In this document: piece by piece, positions 10,990-21,696 of the stretch
Numbering within the stretch: position 1 is the first letter of the stretch
How the letters are laid out: each line of letters opens with the position of its first letter
Assembly: GCA_021432655.1 (NCBI GenBank)
Contig: MU271560.1
Location: 1-44,588, forward strand
Direction: 5' to 3'
Source: Atractiella rhizophila
Lineage: Eukaryota
Length of the DNA: 44,588 nt
Translations under genes and position numbers: made by a program
Notes under the pieces: model-generated
The model's database searches: none
What the model was told of the DNA's origin: nothing
The model's input: only the letters and a program-made list of their open reading frames with translations

Positions 10990-13900
10990 GGTATCCAGTG
11001 TGGTACGATCACCGCACACGGGTGTACGTACGAACGGTCAATGACCTGCTCTCCCTAGGTGCTTACCACCAGGGATGAGCAGGTAAAGGCCAACAGGGAA
11101 AGTTTATAGCCATTTAGGAGCAATGACGGAAGGTTACAGGGTAGGGGCCCAAATGGTATATGGATGAGTGAGCTAAATGCCGTATATCTTATAGACCGGC
11201 GCACAACTGACGGTCTATGTAGTTCCGTGGTTGACGGAGGCTCTTGCCATAGGGAGGGTAAAGGCGGACGAGGGCAAGTCAGAAGCCACTGTATAGCAAA
11301 CAGTTGAACAGGAAGCCTAGCGTTCCACACGACTGTTGTCTTACAGGACTTTTGGCATAAAGCGTTATGTAGAGAACTACATCAGCTAGACTAGGTAGCA
11401 AATATGCGGCTAAGAGCGCTAGGACCCATTAGGCGTAGGGTTCCATGAGAGGGTGAAGCGGTACACATTGAGAGAACTTCTGGCGGTGGTAAAAGAAGTA
11501 GTTCGACAGAGCGTTTAGGCAGCTGCAGCTACGTTGCTCAGGTAGTAGGTGCACATTCTCATGATAATGGTCAGGGGATACTAGGACAGATTGCATGTAA
11601 GGCACTAGTCGGACACTAAAGTGCTTAGGAAGGAGGAAGTAGTAGCACGACATAAGAAGCAAGGTTGAGAAGGGGCGGACAGCGTTGGGCATCTCTGAGA
11701 AGAAATGAGCCATTTGGGTCAGTCCTACAAGCCCTAGTTGTTCCGGGCCACCGACGACCTGTATATAGAGAAGGAGATTAAGAGGTACATTCTTACGTAA
11801 AGGTTGCAGCTTGACAGGGTCCCAGGTAGGCAAATACCGCCGTTCGCGTTCCTGTTGAGACTACCACCTGTACGCATGGCAGCCTCGCATCCAAAGGCAT
11901 TTTAGAGCTGGGAGGTGGACGAATAAAGGTTCCCGTTGATCAGCGCGGAATATAAAGTCTTTAAGCGGGGGGTTGAAGGAGAAGAACGAATTGTGGGTGA
12001 AGTCACCTTATCCTTGCTGAGACAGGCCAAAGCCGACATCGCCTGGGTTTTTGGGGATAGGGACACTAAACAGGGGTGAGGGGAGGCGTACGAGGTCAGG
12101 TGGGCAGGGAAAGAAGCGGGTAGTAACGGAAGCTTTTGCATCCACATAGCAGTAAGGGCAGGGTTAAAGGCAGGTGGCGCTTACGGGGTGGAGGTTGCAA
12201 GGGCAGGCAAACACGGAGTAGTTTTTAGCGACTACGGACCTGGTCTAAAAGTTGCTGGCAGGAACGGAGGGCGTGAAAGAAGCTGAGGACAAGAGACTAG
12301 GGTCCGGAGTCCTGTTGTATACGTGAACCATTCAGGACATATGGGCTCAAGTAGAAGAATATTAGAGCAGCGTCCCAGAAGATCTACTAGCCGCTTGTAG
12401 ACCAGATCCACACCAACGTACAGGGTATAGGGGGCGGCATAGCAGCACAAGGAGTGCATAAGACAGGGGGTGTCCACGATGGAGTCAGACCAGAAGGCCT
12501 TCCGGGGTATGGCACGCGCTTTAGTACCTGTGGGGTTAAGGAGGGGGTCTTAAGAAGATAGGGTCGGAGATTTCGGCGAGATCGGAGGAGCGCAGAGTAA
12601 GGGAAGGAAAGAGCTATCTTCTGGGGAAGCTTGGTAAGCTGTAGTCGGCTAAGTTTATGATGGGAGAAGAGGCGTAGGGTGTTAGAGGTAGGACGGCGCA
12701 GAAGTGTTATAGGGTCGTACATAGGAAGGGAAGGGGATCCAACTTCGAAGCTAAGAACTGCGAGGAAACCCTACCATCGTTGAGGGTTACAGGGTTTTCG
12801 TTGTTCCACTAGGTACCTGCCATTAAAAGGCATATTACGGAGCATACCCGAGGACCGTAGGCACTCACGGAATACACCATGGGAGTTCATATCTATTTGA
12901 CTACAACGGTATCGCAGGGGGTCTTTGACTGTCCTTTTGGCGAGACATCATTATTGCGAGACCAGTACAAGTCGTTACAGTTGGTGCCTACGAGGTAGTA
13001 CGGGTATACCAACACAAATATCCGTTAGCAACAGAGTACGACTTAAGGAAGACAGGAACATTTCCAGCGGTCTCAGTAAGGGTACATGAGACGACGGGAT
13101 AGCCAAGCATAGAAGAATTAAATTGAGGTACAAGGGCAAGTTTAGCCGACTAGGTAAGGAAATCGTGCTACCCACGCCTGTGGAAGCTTGCTTCGCCTTA
13201 GGTGGTATACCTTGCACACGAGAGGAGGTCTTACGGGTACGGTATTGCAAGGGGTAAGGAGTAGGGTTGAGCTCGTCCAGGGGTATACAGTGAGTTTTAA
13301 GAAAGTGGGTCTTGCGAGAGGCTGTAGACGACGAAGCCGGACAAACAGAAGCATCAGCTGAATCTGTAGCGTGTGCAGTTCGTGAAACCTTAGGGAAGTA
13401 AACTAAAGCTAAGGCAATTGCAGTGTAAAGGTTCAAAGGGGAAAACGTTGTATAGGAAATAAAAAGGTTTTTGAGTCTACAGGGTCAGCAAGTACGTCCC
13501 ATACGTTAAGTTGACTAAAGCGTTAGCTCCTGCATCTGCTTTTCGTCTGTACTCGCAGCTTGCAACACACTCTACCCTACATTGAACGGAAATGCCGCTG
13601 CAAGAAAAGGGGTTATTGGCGTTTAGGATAGCTAGAGGGTAGCAGCTAGGGTATCATATAGCAAAGCGCCAGCAAGCACTTAGCGTAGGGTAACGCGTAT
13701 TCGACGTACCGTCTCTATTCTAACTAGGGGTTAACACCATCTATCTCCTGTAGAAGCTTCTGCTGTTACTTGGACCAAGGTAGGCACAAGAGGTACTGAC
13801 GTACCTAAAGAGGTTGTTAGAAGCACCATGGGCTTGATAGTTTCTGAGGAGCGTCCTGCTGGCCAAGGAGATAAAGAGCTTGTAACACTTCATTCAACTT

Positions 13901-15923
13901 CCTCCTTTGGTACACTATACACCGTGGGCACAGTACATAGTAGAAGTTACAACAGTCGCGTCAAGCGCCACCTTCTTACAGGAGTACGGTTAGCTAATGA
14001 GCCTTGAAGCTTAGGTCTTACCCAGGTAGTAGAGAACGGAAGGGTCGTTTACGAGGCAAGGTATGTGTGGTGTGGGGTAGGTAAGGGCTTCCGTAGAGGG
14101 TCAAGACATGGGGTTCTCGCGGAGGGTACTGCAGAGACAGTATAAGAAGTATAAGATAAGGAAGTCTACTTATAGACGTAAGAACCAACTTCCGACCTAC
14201 AAGCCCTCCCTCTCCTAACAGAAACGGTATTGGTCCCTGTATCTAGCCCTTCCACCTATTACGTCGTCCTAACAGCCCTTCCACAGCAGGGGCGACAAGT
14301 TTACGGAGGACATGTATCCGTCCTTGGGTTCGTTCCAGCAATCCAGGCTTGTGCTGACTAGGTAGAGGTCAAGGTAGTCGAGAGGGCAGCAGCTACACGT
14401 GCAATTGTCGAGGGTGTTACAAGAAACAAGGCAGTAGCAGGCGGCAGCATAAGTTAGCTCTCTGTCGGTCCGGTGACTGCAAGGTGACTCACTATGGGCA
14501 TATTATAGAGGGATGAAGACGGCGAGAACGAGAGTAAGCCCACAACTGTAGGCGGGGGAAGTCAGATGTACAAAGAGGTGCTACGGGGAGGACTTTTGTC
14601 TGTACTGTAGAGGGTAAGTTGTAGTCGAAAGGCGGTCGACATTTAGGTGGTAAGGTTCGAGAAGGTCCTTAGAGAACGTTAACTAGTTGTGCACAACCTA
14701 AAGGAGGTAAGGAGTCTCCATCACGTATATAGTAGGAGAGCCTGCTATCCCCTTGCAAAGCCATACCAGAATCACACCCGTATTCGACAACACTGAAGCC
14801 TGCCTTATGTGCAACTCCACCGCAGTAACAGCAACTTGGAGAGGAACAGCCGCACGGACCTTACTTCAATACGCAGGACAATCGTCATCCACATGCACTC
14901 GAGACCTGCCTTATACGCGACCTCCCAAACACTCAGCCTATTAGCTCCATACAGGGCAACCATCCTCCAACAGGGTAGAGCTAGGAGAAATTCAGGTACA
15001 GGGTGACGAACTATGTCTTTAGGTCCTAAAGCAGATTGTACCTGAGTTTGAAGAATAGGGAATTGCAGCCTGACCACATTAGGGAGCGGGTAAAGCCTAG
15101 TAAGAGATGGAAGAGGTAGTTGGGGCAGGTACCGCCCTAACTAACTCGGAAGTCCTCCAGTTCCTTCTTGATTAAACCCTGAAACAGAAGCCTAGATCGT
15201 AGTGATTATCGAGCAAAGAACCAAGCGGTGAATAAGGTGGTAAGGAAGACCAGAAGAGGGCGTTGAACGGAGTATAACTGCTTTAACTCCTCCAGCTTAT
15301 AAAGGCTAACGAAGACATCTCGGGGCATAACGCAGAAGTCCTGTAACTAGGAGAGTGCTGTACAGGGTTCAAAGCGGTAGCTTAGGGTTAGTGAGAGGCA
15401 GTGTTCTCGGAAGTCCTATCATAACCGTCGGCGTAGTAAACTCTAGGTAAAGACTATCCACCAGTAGAATCTCCATTTGCTCCAACGTAAGAGGAAGTTT
15501 GGCGGCTAGCGCTTTCATCCTTCAAGACCAAATCCGCATGGAGGTGAGGGAAGGAGTTCTTGTTGGAGGGGTTTTTGGTGAGGGATGGCGGTTCGCTTAT
15601 TTGAGAAGTATGGTTCTAAAGGTCAAGGGACGGAGGTCGAAAGATGGCGAGGTTTCTGAGTAGTTCAAAACGCGGTAACAGCGCCAGCGGCGGAAGAGAA
15701 AGAGCACCAGGTTCTACTCTAGGTCCCAGAGTGACCTACGCAAACTAAGCCAAAGGACGAGTCCTTTTCCCCAACCTCGGCCGCTACCCCCGTCTCTATA
15801 ATTGAACAGTTGCAAGTAAGTTGTCGCAAAAGCTTTTTTTAAAAGGGGTTGGACGAGAGCGAAGGTACACCTAGACGAGTAGGGACCACCATTCGTGGAG
15901 CGTACTGATAATAGGCTCTGAGG
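10990..15923. mobile_element. TpA-rich degenerate block, probable hypermutated repeat or element of unknown class
   Basis: Visibly more TAG/CTA/GTA and frequent stops than the flanks; only short ORFs; no RT, integrase or transposase motif recognised; boundaries approximate. Confidence 0.4.
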
Positions 15924-15948
15924 NNNNNNNNNNNNNNNNNNNNNNNNN
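15924..15948. other. Assembly gap (25 N)
   Basis: Seen directly; abuts the TPR tandem array. Confidence 0.99.
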
Positions 15949-17695
15949 CAATGCTCCGAAACACAGCGGGCTTGACCCTGTCGAGATCCCACTTCCATGT
16001 AGAGCACCTTTGCCTCTTCGAAAGCCTTCAGAGCATCCTCATTCCGCCCACATTGAAAATCAATATCCCCAATGCTCCCGAACACAGTTGGCTTGACCCT
16101 GTCGAGATCCCCACTTCCATGAAGAGCACCTTTGCCTCTTCGAAAGCCTTCAGAGCATCCTCATTCCGCCCACATTGAAAATCAATATCCCCAATGCTCC
16201 GAACACAGTCGGCTTGACCCTGTCGAGATCCCACTTCCATGAAGAGCACCTTTGCCTCTTCGAAAGCCTTCAGAGCATCCTCATTCCGCCCACATCGAAA
16301 AATGAATATCCCCAATGCCGTGAACACAGATGGCTTGACCCTGTCGATATCCCACTTCCATGTAGAGCACCTTTGCCTCTTCGAAAAGCCTTCAGAGCAT
16401 CCTCATTTCCGCCCCACATTTGAAAATGAATATCCCCAATGCCCACAAACACAGTCAGCTTGACCCTGTCGAGATCCCACTTCCATGTAGAGCACCTTTG
16501 CCTCTTTCGAAAGCCTTCAGAGCATCCTCATTCCGCCCACATTGAAAATGAAATATCCCCAATGCTGCGAACACAGTTGGCTTGACCCTGTCGAGATCCC
16601 ACTTCCATGAAGAGCACCTTTGCCTCTTCGAAAGCCTTCAGAGCATCCTCATTCCGCCCACATTGAAAATCAATATCCCCAATGCTCCGAACACAGTCGG
16701 CTTGACCCCGTCGAGATCCCACTTCCATGAAGAGCACCTTTGCCTCTTCGAAAGCCTTCAGAGCATCCTCATTCCGCCCACATCGAAAATCGATCTCCCC
16801 AATGTTCCGGACGCAGTTGGCTTGACCCAGCCGAACTCCCACTTCTATGTAGAGCTTCTTCGCCTCCTGGTACGCCTTCAGAGCATCATCGTTCCGCCCA
16901 CATAGAAAATCGATCTCCCCAATGTTCCGGACGCAGTTGGCTTGACCCAGTCGAGATCCCACTTCTATGTAGAGCTCCTTCGCCTCCTCGTACGCCTTCA
17001 GAGCGTCATCGTTCCGCCCACATCGAAAATCAATCTCCCCAATGCTGTGAAACACAGTCGGCTTGACCCAGTCGAGATCCCACTTCTATGTAGAGCTCCT
17101 TCGCCTCCTCGTACGCCTTCAGAGCATCATCGTTCCGCCCACTTAGAAAATCGATGCCCCCAATGTTGCAGACGCAGATGGCTTGACCCAGTCGAGATCC
17201 CACTTCTATGTAGAGCTCCTTCGCCTCCTCGTACGCCTTCAGAGCGTCATCGTTCCGCCCACATCGAAAATCGATGTCCCCCATGCTCCGGACGCAGCGG
17301 GCTTGACCCTGTCGATCTCCCACTTCTATGTAGAGCTCCTTCGCCTCCTCGTACGCCTTCAGAGCATCATCGTTCCGCCCACATCGAAAATCAATCTCCC
17401 CGATGCTCTGGACGCAGTTGGCTTGACCCAGTCGAGATCCCACTTCTATGTAGAGCTCCTTCGCCTCCTCGTACGCCTTCAGAGCGTCATCGTTCCGCCC
17501 ACATCGAAAATCAATCTCCCCGATGCTCCGGACGCAGTCGGCTTGACCCAGTCGAGATCCCACTTCTATGTAGAGCTCCTTCGCCTCCTCGTACGCCTTC
17601 AGAGCGTCATCGTTCCGCCCACATTGAAAATCGATGTCCCCCATGCTCCGGACGCAGCGGGCTTGACCCTGTCGATCTCCCACTTCCATGTAGAG
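15949..17695 (-). repeat. Tandem array of about 14-15 near-identical 120-bp TPR-encoding units
   Basis: Unit GxRxGQAxCVxxIGxIDFxCGRNxDALKAxEEAKxLxxEV repeats with a 120-nt period up to the gap. Confidence 0.97.
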
Positions 17696-20638
17696 CTTTT
17701 TCGCCTCCTTGAATTTCATCCATGCATTCTGGTTCTCACCTAACCCTAAATAGCAAAGACCAAGAGACTGCGTTAGTGAACGCTTTAGTCTTAGCCATTT
17801 GGACTGCTCGCCTAACCCGAAATAGCAATAACCAAGAGACTGCGTCAGCAAACGCTTTAGTCCTAGCCATTTGGACTGTCTGTAACCCGGTGAAAGCGGC
17901 ATTCCTAGCCCCATGTCCACGACATCTATGGCCTGTTGGAACAGTGAAGGCGAGAGCCGATGTTTCAGGTATAGAAACTCCGATATATTCACCAAATGCT
18001 GCAGGATCGGTAAAGGATTTGAAAGGCATATCATGCTCGATAGCAGGACATGTTCAAGATTTGGGTATTGTTCACGGAACTGAAACAGTGCGTGTTGATC
18101 ATTATGGATCTCAAAATGTTGAATATTTGTCTCCGCTTTCTGCATAAGATGGTTCCCGAGAGGCAGGAGCGACCAAGCTATAGTCATTGAAAATGGTGAT
18201 TTGGACCGAGTGACAAGTGTGTTGATGTATTCACGAATAGGAGCGAGCATACGGAGATTGCCTGAAAGGTCATTGGCGAGCCCAATCTTCGAAATCACAC
18301 GGATGACTTTGTAGATATCCTCAGACTCTTCCAAGCTAGATATGAGTGTTGACAAATCACGGTGGGATAGACCGTCAGGAGCCCACGACAGCAGAGCAAG
18401 TGCAAAGAACCCGCGCTTTGCCTCCTTCTGGAGAGCTGGAGAATCGAGGGAGAACGATATAGAGGTATTGAGGGTGATTGCCTCTTCGCTATCTTCATCC
18501 CATAAAACAGCAACACTCGTCTTTTTCTCCTTCCACTTGTTTGCCAATTGTTCGAGTGTCATGGTTGAATCCTCGCTGGCACGTAGAGCGAATAGCTTGA
18601 TGGATAGAGCATGGAAATCCAATTGTCGAACCAAGTGTCTGACCAGCTGTTGTGAGAACTCATTTTCTCTCTGATATGAGTTTTCAAAGAGTTCTAGCCC
18701 ACTGTCTTCCGACAGACCACCAACGAAGACCCTGACAAACTTCCCCTTCACGCCTAAAGATTCTGCTTGAGCTCCCCGATGGGCCACGACAAGTACTGAA
18801 CCCTCTGAGTTCTTCGAAAGAAGTGTTCGAAAGAAGAGATGTTTTTTGTCATCGTCGGCATGAAGCGGAGTTTCAAAGTTATCCAAAACGAGGAGGCATT
18901 TTCGACTTCCGAAGTAATCTCCCACAACTTCTGGCGATGTTTTGTTGGACTTAGGCAGTGCGAAGATATCGTTGCAGATGTGGTCCGAAAGTTTGGCAAA
19001 GGTGTCGAAGTTGTCACAGCGAACCCAGAAGCGGAGATCTTCTCCAGTGCCCCGTGCCAGATCTGTGAAGGACTGCTTGATCTCTTCGCAGTGCACGGTG
19101 TCGAGTGCAACGGTGGATTTCCCGTTTCCAGCTCCACCCACAATCGCAACGTGGCGTCCTTCCAGTATAGCTTTTCTAGCGTGTTGGATCTCATCTTCGC
19201 GGCCAAAGCAAGAGCCTGGAGGTGGTAATGGTAAGCGCCGACGAACTGCCATCCGTTCACCGAATGCTACAAAGACCTCAATGTGGTATTTGCATAAGCG
19301 TTAAGAGAACATACCCTGCACGAGGCATTGAGCAGCATTGCGTGCTTCGTGACCCATAACTTCCATATAGGCTTTCGTCCGACCCACGACGTCCTTTGTT
19401 CGCTCCCACTCCTCCCACTTGACGCCTCCCATCGTGTGGACTGAAAAGCGGTGATAGCGATGCCCTAGACCGCGATCCTGCATCTTCATCTTCAACTGAT
19501 CTGCTACCTGGGAACAATCTTCGACGATTGCCTTCACAGCAAGTTCAAGCTCGCGTTTGGTAGGACCCCAATTAACAGCCGGAGCGATCCCCGACCCCAG
19601 AGAGACAAGACAGGCGACTTCGCTTCCATGTCCCCATATGCGCTTTGCCTCGTCAATCGCTATTGCCGCTGGGTTATTGTTCCCTATGGTGACATATTCC
19701 GTATTGTCAATGACGATAGGACGAAAGAAGTGATGGGCAGAGGAAGTCGCTCTTGCTGCTTCCAACACCGTACATCGTGCAGCAGAATGAACTGCATTGG
19801 GCCCGTCGTACGTGCGCATCTCTGTTGAAACAACTGCACTTGATTCGTACGTTGACACGACAAAAGTTCTACATCTATCCCCAATAGCCGCGTCCTTCAT
19901 AGGGAGTCGAGAGGACGACAGGGACGATGGAGCGTGTCTTGTGATGATCTTCTGGAGGACGGTTTCGAGCGTCTTTGCAGAGTATGCGTAGCCTTCATTC
20001 GAAAGTGGAGCTCCTTGGGAAAACACGTCCTGCACGATCTCTTCGTACGCGCTGATGGATTGTCTAACAGTCATGCCCAACCTTCCGAGCATGAGAGCGA
20101 TCCATCCTCCCGTGGAAGTGCCGCAGATGAGATCGAAAACATCGCACGGTCGGACTTCTTCTCCTTCGGGAACGTCGAGGAGGTTTCCAACGTGGAGCAT
20201 GACGACTTCCAGCATGTAAAGGGTGGAGAAGGTACAAATCCCTCCGTTATCGATGGCAAGGATTCTGACACCTTGATCGTTCGCCTTCTTGACATTCTCC
20301 GGGACTTTGAAGATTTTAACGGTTTGGACTGGGGAGGAGACGCACGATGGAAAAGCTGATGGAGTGGGAGCCCTAGAGATAACAGGCGTTGCAGTACTCG
20401 ATAAGGAGCGGAATAGGGGCCGAAAAACTTTCTCTCTGACGCTGAGGAATGGACTGGGTCGAGAATTCAGCCGCATCACTGAGAGGTTTCGACCTCCGAT
20501 GCCTTCATTAGGACCAGGATCTCCTCGCGAATCCGCGCTGAATGCGTAGTCGTCGTCAGACAAATTCCGAACGTCTTCATGGTTGCTAGGATTTGAGGAA
20601 GAAGGCTTAGGCGTCTTTCCGAAGGCTGAGGCGTCCAT
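15949..20638 (-). CDS. Fungal NLR-like protein: patatin-like domain + STAND (NB-ARC-like) NTPase + TPR repeats; 3' end lost in the gap
   Basis: Exon 1 (20638-19315): IDNGGI, GTSTGG, EAARATS, CLVSLGSG. Intron 19314-19267 joins it in frame to CFGREDE, Walker A GGAGNGKS, Walker B LLVLDNFE, LSIKL, RMLAPIREY and then 40-aa TPR units. Frameshifts below ~17050 sit mostly in homopolymers next to the gap and may be sequence errors. Confidence 0.93.
17740..17880 (-). repeat. 72-bp tandem duplication just before the TPR array
   Basis: QSKWLGLKRLLTQSLGYCYFGLGE followed by QSKWLRLKRSLTQSLGLCYLGLGE. Confidence 0.9.
19267..19314 (-). other. 48-nt GT-AG intron between the patatin and NTPase exons, containing an in-frame TAA
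   Basis: Minus strand CAGG/GTATGT...TTTGTAG/CATTC; splicing gives ..LVQAFGERMAVRR..; an intron of the same length and position exists at 31450-31497. Confidence 0.9.
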
Positions 20639-21696
20639 CGCTTAGAGCACGAGATGAAATCGATGACGATTGACCCAGAACTCCTTGTTGAACGTGAGAC
20701 CAAACTGAGGAAATGCGTGTCAAATCTCAACTAGGGCTACCAGGAGGGAGAGCGGCCAAGGAATACTTGAAACTGGCTGTGAAGAAGAGAAGAAGAAACA
20801 AGGAATACGGAATACAGTACAGCTGCATTTCAATCCAAAGATCCGTACGTACGAATGCATGAAGGAAAATCCAGACGAACTTGAACGTGAGGATGTGAGG
20901 ATAATAAGGGGAGGGAAGCTTGGGGCAACTTGATCATTTGTCAACTTGCATGACGGAGGAACGAATGCGAGGAAAATGAAGGATGGCACAATGAACCATC
21001 CAGCACTGAACCCTTGTCTAACAGAGCGGAAAGGGTCCTAAGAAGAAGTGGGGTTGTGGATAAGTGGAAGTTAAGCTTCCGCTTGAGCCAATGGAGATAT
21101 GAAGGCTGCACAATATCGAATTGACGAGCGAGAACATGATATTCATCCCACCAACTCATCCCTCATCTCAAGGTCCACGGCCGCTAAATTTAAAGACTCA
21201 CAGGACTCCTGAGACTCTTTCTCCGATCGTGCAGGACACTTCAAGTTGGCACTAAACACACAAAACTCAGGAACAGTCCGATATCTTGCTCTCTTTGACA
21301 GTGTCAGAGAGATGCAGTGAGTGTTCGCCGATGCAAACAAGGCTGGGTTCCCAATGATTCATTAAGGTTCTCAAGGCTCTAATTCACATCCCGAAGATGC
21401 ATCGACGCTCTCAGGCTTCCCAGTGCTACGTATTGAAGTATCAAAAGTAATATACGGTTGACATGCTTACATTTGGCACCCAATAGCTAAAAATCGTAAA
21501 GTGAAATGTGCGAACTTTGAAGAGACACAAAAACAGAATATACCCCAACGACTAATAAATCAAACTGATCAAAATGATACTGCAGTACCGACTAACTTTG
21601 AAGCTGTAGAATGAAACAGGAGACTGCAATAACTTCGAGCGGGCAAGGCAGCAGTCTATTCACAGAGAAAGCAACGGATGCAAAATACTGAGGCTG

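Noticed and set aside
10990..15923. Calling the block an LTR retrotransposon or LINE
   Set aside because: No convincing RT, RNase H or integrase motif and no terminal repeats found; HVDDD near 14885 lacks supporting context
15714..16085. ORF joining a TPR unit to a new C-terminus
   Set aside because: It reads through the N gap, so the junction is not real sequence
15951..17743. Plus-strand ORFs over the TPR array
   Set aside because: Antisense shadows of the 120-bp repeat
17030..20638. Two separate genes (patatin and NTPase-TPR) as the ORF track suggests
   Set aside because: A canonical 48-nt intron joins them in frame and is conserved in the paralogue
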